From assembly GCA_027002825.1 (NCBI GenBank), contig JALWZG010000053.1, positions 613-60,029 on the forward strand: a stretch of 59,417 nt of DNA, in the 5' to 3' direction. Positions 1 through 7,760 of this stretch are shown here, piece after piece; the stretch's first letter is position 1, and each line of letters begins with the position of its first letter. The position numbers and the translations under genes were made by a program. The stretch comes from a candidate division WOR-3 bacterium. GTDB taxonomy: Bacteria > Hydrothermota > Hydrothermia > LBFQ01. The notes under the pieces are model-generated. The model saw nothing but the letters and a program-made list of their open reading frames with translations. It was not told the origin of the DNA and ran no database searches.

Positions 1-1
1 G

Positions 2-382
2 CCCGTCGCCGTCAGCGGTGGGATCCTCGCCCTCCTCCTGACGGGTGAGAACTTCTCCGTCCCGGCCTCCATCGGCTTCATATCCCTCCTCGGCATAGCC
101 ACGGAGGTTAGCATAATCCTGATGGACTACGTGCGGAAACTGAAGGGGAAGGTCTCCCGTGCCACCGTCTTGAGGCTAAGGGCCGTCTCCATGACCGTCC
201 TCACGACTGCCCTGGGGCTGATGCCCCTGGTGTTCTCCACCGGGCCGGGTAGCGAAGTCCAGAGACCCCTCGCCATAGTCGTCCTCGGAGGCCTCACCAC
301 CCTTATCCTCTCCACCCTCTTCGTGATGCCCGCCCTCTACGGTGTGTTTGCCGGGAGGTGGAGTCTGAAACGGGAGGGGTAG
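2..382 (+). CDS. RND-family efflux pump inner-membrane subunit (CzcA/CusA/AcrB-like), C-terminal fragment; 5' end lies outside the window
   Basis: The frame is open from the window edge. The translation PVAVSGGILALLLTGENFSVPASIGFISLLGIATEV...LGLMPLVFSTGPGSEVQRPLAIVVLGGLTT looks like the last TM bundle of RND pumps. Confidence 0.8.
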   Translation, partial: PVAVSGGILALLLTGENFSVPASIGFISLLGIATEVSIILMDYVRKLKGKVSRATVLRLRAVSMTVLTTALGLMPLVFSTGPGSEVQRPLAIVVLGGLTTLILSTLFVMPALYGVFAGRWSLKREG

Positions 383-624
383 TCCACTATTAGTGGTGCT
401 ATGTAGTGATGCAACCGCCTTCCACCGTTCCGGCTGGCGGCGGGGTGGAGGGTGGGGGCTATAACGGGAAGTTATAATACTGTTATCGTGGAATTAAGGA
501 GGATGGGATCCGAGGGACCACAGGCGGCCTGAAGGAGCGTAGTTGCCCGTGAATATTGAGGGTGTAAAAGTGTATCAGAACGGAGGTTATAATGCGTTTG
601 TGTAGATGTTAAGGCAGGGGGTTG

Positions 625-810
625 TTATACTTTTATACCGTCCTGCCTTAATAAGACCTCATAAATCCGACGGTATTTCCTAAACTCCTTCAGCCAGTTG
701 TAAACCGTTTGCCGGCTTACCCCAAAAATATAGGCAATTTCCTTCACAGATACTCCCCTACTCCAAAGGAGAACCGCCTTCTTTACCTTCTCCTTCACCT
801 TCATCTGCAC
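625..810 (-). CDS. small helix-turn-helix protein (transposase/resolvase-type HTH)
   Basis: 61-aa ORF with the HTH motif VSVKEIAYIFGVSRQTVYNWLKEF. Its first 53 nt overlap the 3' end of the upstream ORF in another frame. Confidence 0.5.
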   Translation of the reverse strand: MQMKVKEKVKKAVLLWSRGVSVKEIAYIFGVSRQTVYNWLKEFRKYRRIYEVLLRQDGIKV

Positions 811-1522
811 CCTCCGGGTTTACCTTAACCACCTTCACCCCCTCTATATCGGGAACGGTTATATACTCCTCCAAACGCTTGGGTATCACGAGATAAAGCT
901 CATAGCGGTCTACTTCAAATCCCAGCCCCTTGATATACTCTACGGTGTTCCGAAACTTCTCCCTTATATCCTCTTCTCCGCCTTCAAACACAAGACCCTT
1001 GGCCTCCACTATGCGGGCTACGGTCTGGCCGTTCTCCTCGTAGATATAAACGACGTCGGCGTACTTCTGTGAGGTGTCAAGGTCGGGCTTTAAGACGGCC
1101 CTAAGGCCCTTCGGCTTTACCGCACTGTTGGATATGAGGTGTAGTTCTCTGTGCCACAGCTCGCTTCTCATTAGCCCCTTTATCTCAGCGATGTCCCTTC
1201 CTATGGTGAGCAGTATCTGGGCGATAATACGAAGGTCAGGATTCTCAATACGGTCTATGAGTTTCTCAACTTCCGGATTCACGTTGGGATTATAAGGCTG
1301 TAAGTCTTCGGGGTTGGACTTTGTGGCGTCGGCGATTGCGAGGAAGGTAATGCGTTTTGCTCCGGCACGTCTTAAGGCTCGGATTACCTTTCTCATAGTG
1401 CGGCCGGTGTGGATTACGTCGTCTATCACGAGGATGCGGAGGCCACGCACAACCGGTTCGGCGTACTCGTTGCCGTTCCGCAGGACTGAGCCATAAGCTA
1501 TGCCAAGGGCGTCGGCTACCAT
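758..1522 (-). CDS. two-domain protein: minimal phosphoribosyltransferase PRPP-loop region plus C-terminal PD-(D/E)xK-like (restriction-endonuclease-fold) region
   Basis: LRILVIDDVIHTGRTMRKVIRALRRAG is a type-I PRTase PRPP-binding loop, and only ~37 aa precede it. The C-terminal YADVVYIY..(13 aa)..RIVEAKG fits a D...ExK nuclease signature (inference). Confidence 0.55.
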   Translation of the reverse strand: MVADALGIAYGSVLRNGNEYAEPVVRGLRILVIDDVIHTGRTMRKVIRALRRAGAKRITFLAIADATKSNPEDLQPYNPNVNPEVEKLIDRIENPDLRIIAQILLTIGRDIAEIKGLMRSELWHRELHLISNSAVKPKGLRAVLKPDLDTSQKYADVVYIYEENGQTVARIVEAKGLVFEGGEEDIREKFRNTVEYIKGLGFEVDRYELYLVIPKRLEEYITVPDIEGVKVVKVNPEGADEGEGEGKEGGSPLE

Positions 1523-1539
1523 GCGGACTATAATCCTTA

Positions 1540-2001
1540 TTACGGCCGGGAGATGTGCTTTTCTACTATGCGGATGATCTTCTCAACCTTCTCAAAGCCG
1601 TCGTCTATGGCCTTTTTACTTTGGAGTTCCCTGTAGTAGGCACCGAGATGGAGGAGTTTATAGACCTCGTTGAAGAGTACCTTCAGCACATCCCTGTCCT
1701 TTCCTATCCTCATCACCCGTCCCAAATAGGAGTCGTACATATCCACCTTCTTGAGCCTGCGGTTCAGATCCTTCGCCGACAGCAATCCTTCCCACAAAAA
1801 TAGGGCCTTCAAGGCCTCAAGGGTGGCCAGATAGGCCTTGCCAGCGGCTCCGGAGATGTACTTTATGTCGGCGTATATGCCCGTCCTCCTGTCTATGCCG
1901 GCGAGTTTAATCTCCTCTCTGGCGTTCTGTAGGTACCTTTTGGCCAGTTCCAACCTCTCCTGTGGGGTTGTGGGTACCTTTAAAAGTGGCCATCTCCTCA
2001 T
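1540..2001 (-). CDS. helical ~150-aa protein of unknown function, copy A (resembles DUF5618 from memory, unverified)
   Basis: Strongly similar over its full length to the ORF at 2003-2455. Both end in the shared EKVEKIIRIVEKHISRP and contain the LHLGAYYRELQ motif. Confidence 0.7.
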   Translation of the reverse strand: MRRWPLLKVPTTPQERLELAKRYLQNAREEIKLAGIDRRTGIYADIKYISGAAGKAYLATLEALKALFLWEGLLSAKDLNRRLKKVDMYDSYLGRVMRIGKDRDVLKVLFNEVYKLLHLGAYYRELQSKKAIDDGFEKVEKIIRIVEKHISRP

Positions 2002-2002
2002 T

Positions 2003-2455
2003 CTACGGCCGGGAGATGTGCTTCTCCACGATGCGGATCATCTTCTCAACCTTCTCAAAACCGCTGTCTATGGCCTTTTTGTCCTGCAGCTCCCTGTAGT
2101 ATCCGCCTATGTGAAGCAGGCTATAAACGTTGTCAAAGAGACGTATAAGCACGTCCCTGTCCTTCCCTATCCTCATCACCCTCTTGAGAAGGGAGTCGTA
2201 CATCTCCACACGCTTCAGCTTACTCTTCACCTCCCTCTCATCCACCAACCCCTCCCACAGGAAGAGAGCCTTCAGGGCTTCAAGGGCCGCTAAGTAGGCC
2301 GTTCCGGAGGCTTCGGATACGTACTTCAGATCAACGTACTCTCCTACCCTCCTATCAACCCCGGCCTTTTTCAGGGTCTCTCTAGCGTTTTGCAGATACC
2401 TCTTGGCCAGTTGCAAACGCTCCTGCGGAGTTGTAGGCGTCCTTACAACTGCCAT
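2003..2455 (-). CDS. helical ~150-aa protein of unknown function, copy B (paralog of 1540-2001)
   Basis: Starts 1 nt upstream of copy A. Contains the same TPQERLxLAKRYLQNARE ... LH(L/I)GxYYRELQ ... EKVEKMIRIVEKHISRP architecture. Confidence 0.7.
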   Translation of the reverse strand: MAVVRTPTTPQERLQLAKRYLQNARETLKKAGVDRRVGEYVDLKYVSEASGTAYLAALEALKALFLWEGLVDEREVKSKLKRVEMYDSLLKRVMRIGKDRDVLIRLFDNVYSLLHIGGYYRELQDKKAIDSGFEKVEKMIRIVEKHISRP

Positions 2456-2464
2456 CTCCTCATT

Positions 2465-3649
2465 CTAAGGCCGGGATATGTGCCTCTCCACTATGCGGAT
2501 TATCCTCTCAACCTTCTCAAAGCCGCTGTCTACGGCCTTTTTGTCCAACAACCTCCTGTAGTACCCCCCAAGGTGGAGGATGTTATAAACGTCCCTCAAA
2601 AGCTTCAGCAACCTGCCCCTGTCCTTACCGAGAGGCAAACCCTTCAGGGCCTGTCTCAACCTCCCTATCTCCCTCGTCCTCTTCTCCATCAGAAGCGCCT
2701 TCCTTAAAGTTGTTAAACCCCAATTACCATCCTCCCACCACTTTACGCTGTACTTGTGCTTTTTGTAATCCCTCTCGCTCTCAGGTTTCCTGAAGACGAA
2801 CACGTGTTCGTGCGCTATGAGATAAAACTCATAATCCCTTCTCCTCCACCTCTCACGGGTAGCCTTCATGTTCCACTGGAGCTTTATTATATCCTCCTTC
2901 AAGATGAAGCCCACGTCCAAAAATATCTCCATCACCCTGAAGGCGAGGGGAACGTAGTGTTTGTGCTTTCTGGTATCACCTATGAGTATGGCGCAAACTT
3001 TGCCGGGTTTCAGCACCCTGTAAGACTCCTCCGCCACCTTCCTCATCTCTCGGAGATACTTATCAAAGGGCAAAGAGGACAGATCCCCGCCGAGCTCTTT
3101 ACGCCTCGTGTACGAGATTATGCTGGCGTAGGGTGGGTGCGTGGCTATGAGGTCAACGCTCCCATCCTCAACCTTGTCAAGGTTTCTGGCATCCCCCCAG
3201 TAGGTCTTTATCACGGGTTCTCTGTAATCCTTTGAAGATGAGCTGTACGAGAAGTTCAAGCGATCCCGTGCCACCATAACCGCGTCAAGGTTTATATCCA
3301 CACCTATCGCGTTCCTCTCCAAGAGCTTCGCCTCTACCAGTGTAGTCCCGCTACCCATCATCTGGTCAAGAACCCAGTCCCCCTTTTTGGTGTACTTCAG
3401 GATGAGATTCCTCGGAACATAAGGGGACCAGTTCCCCCTGTAGTTCCCTTTATGCGTTGCCCAACTGCCGCGCTCTGGAAAACTCCATACGGTTGTGCGC
3501 TCCGGCGTGTAGTCCTCAGGACCGTAGGATTTTATATTCCAACTCCCCTGAAGTTTTACACGGGAGTTTCCCACAACCACTTCCGCATGCTCTTTAATGA
3601 ACTCCAAATAGTCCTCATGGGTGATCTCCTGCATCTTTCTGTAGTTCAC
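2465..3649 (-). CDS. DNA N6-adenine/N4-cytosine methyltransferase (PF01555-like with motif I before the DPPY-type motif), C-terminally fused to the second half of the copy A/B module
   Basis: Motifs seen: WSFPERGSWATHKGNYRGNWSPYVPRNLI, VLDQMMGSGTTLVEA (AdoMet motif I) and DLIATHPPYASI (motif IV). The last ~60 aa, GKDRGRLLKLLRDVYNILHLGGYYRRLLDKKAVDSGFEKVERIIRIVERHISRP, are homologous to copies A and B. The GTG start lies 15 nt after tRNA-Ala. Confidence 0.8.
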   Translation of the reverse strand: MNYRKMQEITHEDYLEFIKEHAEVVVGNSRVKLQGSWNIKSYGPEDYTPERTTVWSFPERGSWATHKGNYRGNWSPYVPRNLILKYTKKGDWVLDQMMGSGTTLVEAKLLERNAIGVDINLDAVMVARDRLNFSYSSSSKDYREPVIKTYWGDARNLDKVEDGSVDLIATHPPYASIISYTRRKELGGDLSSLPFDKYLREMRKVAEESYRVLKPGKVCAILIGDTRKHKHYVPLAFRVMEIFLDVGFILKEDIIKLQWNMKATRERWRRRDYEFYLIAHEHVFVFRKPESERDYKKHKYSVKWWEDGNWGLTTLRKALLMEKRTREIGRLRQALKGLPLGKDRGRLLKLLRDVYNILHLGGYYRRLLDKKAVDSGFEKVERIIRIVERHISRP

Positions 3650-3664
3650 CCAAATTTCCCTTAA

Positions 3665-3737
3665 TGGAGCGGAGGGGAGTCGAACCCCCGACCCCCTGGT
3701 TGCAAACCAGGTGCTCTCCCACCTGAGCTACCGCCCC
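3665..3737 (-). tRNA. tRNA-Ala (anticodon UGC)
   Basis: The reverse complement reads GGGGCGGTAGCTCAG...CCTGGTTTGCAACCAGG...GGTTCGACTCCCCTCCGCTCCA. A cloverleaf fits, a G3:U70 pair is present, and no CCA is encoded. Confidence 0.92.
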
Positions 3738-3772
3738 AAAGGGTTAAAATTCTAAAGCCGGAAGGCGGACGG

Positions 3773-5944
3773 GTGGTTATCGCTACCCTTTCCGAAGTAA
3801 AATTCCCACTCGTGAAAAGACTGTTGATAGAGATCGGATGTGAGGAGTTGCCCGCCCTTGTTCAGGAATCCGCCGCGAGGCATCTGATGGAGGTTCTGCG
3901 GGATGAACTGAAAGAGAGGGGTTTTGAAACCGGAGACGGCAGGAGTTTCGCAACCCCCCGAAGAATAGCGACCGTACTGGAGGTTTCCCCGTTCTCCAAA
4001 ATCCTTGAGGATCTGAAACTCGGACCGCCCCTGAAAATCGCCTACGATGCCGAGGGTAGACCCACCAAAGCCCTCCTCAAGTTCCTTGAGAGGTGGGGAT
4101 TGGGGCCTGAGGACGTCGTAGAGGTAAAGGGAGAAAAGGGGCAGTACGTAGGGGTCAGGGTGAAAAGAGGCGGAGAGTTTGTCGGTGATGTCCTCGGAGA
4201 CATCCTTGAAAAATACGTAAAAGGGGTTCCGCTTCCGAAGAGGATGCGGTGGGACGATTCGGGTTTGACGTTTATAAGGCCGATAAGGTGGCTGGTGGCG
4301 ATGTTGGAGGAGGAGGTCTTACCCGTCAGGTTGGGGAAGATTGTGGCCGACCGGATAACCTACACGGCGAGATTCCCCACAGCGGAGAGGGTGGAGATAC
4401 CCTCCGCCGGCGACTACGAAACCCTTCTTGAGGAACGCGGTGTGATACCCGACTTTTCAAAGAGACTCTCCCACGTGCGCTCGCAGGTTGAGAGGTTTTT
4501 CCCCGTAAACCCGGAGGATTACGAGCTGTACGAGACGGACGTAAACTCCCTCCTTTACGAGATCACCGGTCTGGTAGAAAAGGGGTACGCGGTTTACGGC
4601 AACTACAACAGGGAGTTTTTGAAAGAGCTCTATCCGGAGGTGATAACCGCCGCCATGGTGTTCCACCAGAGATACGTGCCGCACATAGAAAACTCCCAGC
4701 TCAAAGCGGGGTTCGTTGCGTTTTCCAACAACCCGAAGGGTCTTACCCTCCACAAAAGGGGCTACGAAAACGTCCTACGGGCGAGGTTGAACGATGCCCT
4801 CTTCTACAAGAGGGAGGATTTGAAGCGGGACCTCGCCTTTTACGTTGAAAACCTGAAGAGCATCTCCTGGATAAGGGGACTCGGCACGCTGTACGATAGG
4901 ATGTTGAAGGTCAAACGGCTCTCCCTTTCAATGCCGCTTCCGGAAGGCGTCGATCGGGACGTTTTGGAGTTCGTGGCCACCCATTACCTCTTTGATACGG
5001 CCACGTCCATGATAAGGGACGGAAAGGAGTTCACCAAGCTTGAGGGCAGAATAGGCTACTACTACGCGCGGGAAATCCTGACAAGGAAGTGGGGGGACGA
5101 GGAAAAGGCCGAAAGGTACGCCTTGGGCATATACGAGGCGAGGCTACCTAAGGGGAAAAAGTTTCCCACAACCTTGGAGGGTTTGATCGTAGCCGTGGCG
5201 GACGCCCTCACGACGGTGGACGGTCTCTTGAGCATAGACTACAAGTGGTCATCCTCCAGGGACCCCCTGGGTATAAGGATGCAGATACGCCGTTTCGTCT
5301 CCCTCCTGATGTACCCCGTATCGGGGCGGATACTCGGCAGAAGACCCCTGCACGATTTCCTGAGACTTACGGAAACCTACGGAGAAAAGGAGGAGGTTTG
5401 GTATGCCATGATAGAGGAGAGTTTGACCGCCTCCCTCGCCTGGGTCCTGTCCGTAGTCCAGCCCGATTTCTATCCCCGCAACCCTTCCACGATACTCTTC
5501 ACCTATGACGGTAAAAACCTCTTCCTCTCGGCCGTTAAAGCGCGGGCCTATGAGAACGTGATAGTGGGTGAGAACGAGGAGAAGTTCGCCACCATACTCA
5601 AGAGGCTCAGGCGGATCTTCACCGCAAAACCCAAAAAGTTCCTGAGGGAGGATGATCCCCAAAGGGTCTTGGCCTACGAAAAGGCGCTTGAAGAGAGCGT
5701 GAACCGTATAGAAGGCGAACATTTGAGCCGCATCAGGGGAATATCACCGGAGGGGGAGTCCCCCAGGACCATCTTGAAGGTGTTTGAGGATTACCTGAAA
5801 CAGATCCTAAACCTCTACGGGGTTCTGGACAGGTTCTTCGCGGAGGTTCCCGTGATGGTTCAGGATGAGAGGGTTAGGGAGAGGAGGATGGCCCTCCTGC
5901 GGAGGGCGTTGGACCTAATAGACGAAATACTTCCCCGGAGGTAG
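3773..5944 (+). CDS. glyS: glycine--tRNA ligase beta subunit
   Basis: N-terminal KRLLIEIGCEELPA and full-length GlyS-like architecture (723 aa). An in-frame GTG at 3812 gives the more typical N-terminus. Confidence 0.9.
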   Translation: MVIATLSEVKFPLVKRLLIEIGCEELPALVQESAARHLMEVLRDELKERGFETGDGRSFATPRRIATVLEVSPFSKILEDLKLGPPLKIAYDAEGRPTKALLKFLERWGLGPEDVVEVKGEKGQYVGVRVKRGGEFVGDVLGDILEKYVKGVPLPKRMRWDDSGLTFIRPIRWLVAMLEEEVLPVRLGKIVADRITYTARFPTAERVEIPSAGDYETLLEERGVIPDFSKRLSHVRSQVERFFPVNPEDYELYETDVNSLLYEITGLVEKGYAVYGNYNREFLKELYPEVITAAMVFHQRYVPHIENSQLKAGFVAFSNNPKGLTLHKRGYENVLRARLNDALFYKREDLKRDLAFYVENLKSISWIRGLGTLYDRMLKVKRLSLSMPLPEGVDRDVLEFVATHYLFDTATSMIRDGKEFTKLEGRIGYYYAREILTRKWGDEEKAERYALGIYEARLPKGKKFPTTLEGLIVAVADALTTVDGLLSIDYKWSSSRDPLGIRMQIRRFVSLLMYPVSGRILGRRPLHDFLRLTETYGEKEEVWYAMIEESLTASLAWVLSVVQPDFYPRNPSTILFTYDGKNLFLSAVKARAYENVIVGENEEKFATILKRLRRIFTAKPKKFLREDDPQRVLAYEKALEESVNRIEGEHLSRIRGISPEGESPRTILKVFEDYLKQILNLYGVLDRFFAEVPVMVQDERVRERRMALLRRALDLIDEILPRR

Positions 5945-5947
5945 TGG

Positions 5948-6877
5948 ATGCTTTTCCTCCATCTGGCCATAGGCGTTCTCGGAGGGTACCTGTATTGGAA
6001 AACGGCCGAAAGCCTGGAGGCCTTCAGGGACAGGGTTGATCCCCAAAAGATAAGGGGTGGTGGGGTTGTCCTCCTACCCGTCATGTTGTGGTACCTCTGG
6101 AGGTTTACGTCAAGGTGGGCGGAGGTCATGACCTTCCTTGTGCTGGGATTTGCCGTCATGGGCATCGTAGACGACTACAGGGGAATCTCCGGTAGGGTAA
6201 AGGCCGTTATCACCCTTTTGGCATCCGTAGTCCTTCTCTGGGGTATGGGATGGGTAGTACCCGTGCGTTTCGTCAACTTTGACGTGTACGTCCCCGTCAT
6301 AACGGAGGTGTTCTGGATGGCCTTTTTCGTGGGATTCGTGAACGCCTTCAACGTTATAGACGGAAAGGACGGCGTCCTCCTCACGACGTCAACCGTGCTG
6401 CTCACCTACCTCTACCTCCTGACGGCCAACGTTATGTACCTGCACGTTGCAGCCGTAGGCGTGGGGCTTCTGCTCTGGAACAGCCCCCCCGCTCGTCTCA
6501 TCATGGGGGATGTGGGGTCTTACCTCCTGGGCCTTTTCATAACGGCGAGTTTCCTCCTCCTTGCCGAGGTTCCGATTGTGGCCAAGCTTACCGCCCTCAG
6601 CTTCCCACTCGTTGACACGCTGACCACCATCCACAGGAGGCTATCAAAGGGGGTCAGCATATTCCAGTCGGACACCCAGCACATACACCACGTCCTGTGC
6701 GACAGGCTTGGGGACCGCTGGGGACTTTTCGTGGTCTTACTCGTAAACCTCCTCTCGGTCTCCCTCTCCTACGCCTACCTTACCCTCGGTCTCGTGATCC
6801 TGCCGTTGATAGCCCTCTGGTGGGCCGTACTGTTCTCAATACCCGTAGTCCTCAGGGCAAAGGGTCTACATGCATGA
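5948..6877 (+). CDS. polyprenyl-phosphate N-acetylhexosamine-1-phosphate transferase family (GT4, WecA/MraY-like)
   Basis: Multi-TM protein with the motifs VDDYRGISG, NAFNVIDGKDG and MGDVGSYLLG. Confidence 0.8.
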   Translation: MLFLHLAIGVLGGYLYWKTAESLEAFRDRVDPQKIRGGGVVLLPVMLWYLWRFTSRWAEVMTFLVLGFAVMGIVDDYRGISGRVKAVITLLASVVLLWGMGWVVPVRFVNFDVYVPVITEVFWMAFFVGFVNAFNVIDGKDGVLLTTSTVLLTYLYLLTANVMYLHVAAVGVGLLLWNSPPARLIMGDVGSYLLGLFITASFLLLAEVPIVAKLTALSFPLVDTLTTIHRRLSKGVSIFQSDTQHIHHVLCDRLGDRWGLFVVLLVNLLSVSLSYAYLTLGLVILPLIALWWAVLFSIPVVLRAKGLHA

Positions 6878-7760
6878 GCTTGGGATTCCATACCGAGAGC
6901 AGCCTTAAGGTCTCCTCCGGCAGATGCCTCCTATAACCCTCCTCAACCCTTCCAAGGGAGGTGTGCCACCTCTTGAAATCCTCATAGGTTATAAGACCTT
7001 CCCTTAAAGCCTCCCTCAGGGCGTAATACCCCACCCGCAGGACAACTTGTCCCGCCCCTTCCATCTCCTTCAAAAGTGAAGTGGTCGCCGTCCTGCTGCC
7101 CATAAAAACCTCCTTCCACATCCGGACAACACCTTCCAAGTCCTTTACCTTCCCCTTCAGTATAAGGGCTATCCCCGGACTGTGTCCGGAAACCTCGTAG
7201 AGGGTCCTGTCCTCAACCCCCACGACCTCGGCAAAGTCTTCAAACCCCAAGGGTGAAAACCTTATCTTGGCCGCCCTGGAGAGGACGGTGGGCAAGACCT
7301 TAAAGGGGTACGAGACCACAAGTACGAAAAGCGTCCTCCTTCCCCCCTCTTCCAACAGCTTGAGCATGGCGTTTTGGGCCTGTACGGTTGCGCTCTCGGC
7401 GTTCATGACGAGGACTATCCTGTAGGGGAGTACCACAGGGGGTTTCACCGCCTCCAGCTTTAACCTCCGCACATCCCCTATGCCTATGGTGGCCCTGCTC
7501 TCATAGAAGGTCAGAGGCCTGGGTTTTCCCCTCTCCGGAGGCACAGGTGAGATCACGTGGAAGTCCGGACACGTCAGGTTTAAAACGTCCCTGCCCACAC
7601 CGTAAACCTCGGCTATGTTGTAGGCGAACTCAAGGGCAAGGGTGGCCTTGCCCACACCCTCAGGTCCGACGAAGGCCAGCGTACGGATGGCCCCGTCCTT
7701 TACCGTCCTCGCCAACACCCTTTTAGGTATCTCCTGACCCACGGTCCTCCTGAAGTTCAT
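6852..7760 (-). CDS. holB: DNA polymerase III delta' subunit
   Basis: P-loop-like GPEGVGKATLA and the sensor motif TVLSRAAKI. A 4-nt overlap (ATGA) with the upstream PGI/PMI gene suggests an operon. Confidence 0.75.
   Translation of the reverse strand: MNFRRTVGQEIPKRVLARTVKDGAIRTLAFVGPEGVGKATLALEFAYNIAEVYGVGRDVLNLTCPDFHVISPVPPERGKPRPLTFYESRATIGIGDVRRLKLEAVKPPVVLPYRIVLVMNAESATVQAQNAMLKLLEEGGRRTLFVLVVSYPFKVLPTVLSRAAKIRFSPLGFEDFAEVVGVEDRTLYEVSGHSPGIALILKGKVKDLEGVVRMWKEVFMGSRTATTSLLKEMEGAGQVVLRVGYYALREALREGLITYEDFKRWHTSLGRVEEGYRRHLPEETLRLLSVWNPKLMHVDPLP

Larger units (their letters stand above)
1540..2650 (-). repeat. tandem coding repeat, unit ~462-463 bp (two full units plus a partial unit forming the MTase 3' end)
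   Basis: An identical 16-mer, tctcaaccttctcaaa, occurs at 1581-1596, 2044-2059 and 2506-2521 (spacing 463 and 462 bp). The junction gccatctcctcattcta(c/a)ggccggga recurs at ~1989-2014 and ~2451-2476. Confidence 0.85.

Noticed and set aside
490-520. Possible att-type direct repeat of the tRNA-Ala 3' end (ttaaggaggatgggatccgaggga against ttaatggagcggaggggagtcgaaccc)
   Set aside because: Hand alignment gives only scattered matches after the first ~8 nt. This is not convincing as an integration-site duplication, and no integrase is present.
488-532. Micro-ORFs in the 383-624 spacer: a GTG-initiated 14-codon ORF 9 nt after TATAAT, and a 9-codon ATG ORF preceded by AAGGAGG
   Set aside because: They are too short and unconserved to support. 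The AAGGAGG abuts the ATG with no spacing. They are mentioned only as part of the spacer observation.
625-810. Calling the HTH ORF an IS element or transposase
   Set aside because: Only a 61-aa HTH is present. There is no DDE or serine-recombinase catalytic domain and there are no terminal inverted repeats.
1540-2650. Regularly spaced repeat that could be mistaken for a CRISPR or other non-coding array
   Set aside because: The period is ~462 bp and the repeat is fully coding (paralogous ORFs). No short repeat-spacer structure exists anywhere in the window.
3745-3773. Leaderless start for glyS from the TAAAAT box at 3745-3750
   Set aside because: The nearest in-frame starts are 22 nt (GTG 3773) and 61 nt (GTG 3812) downstream. 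This gene probably has a short leader, so it is not counted among the leaderless cases.
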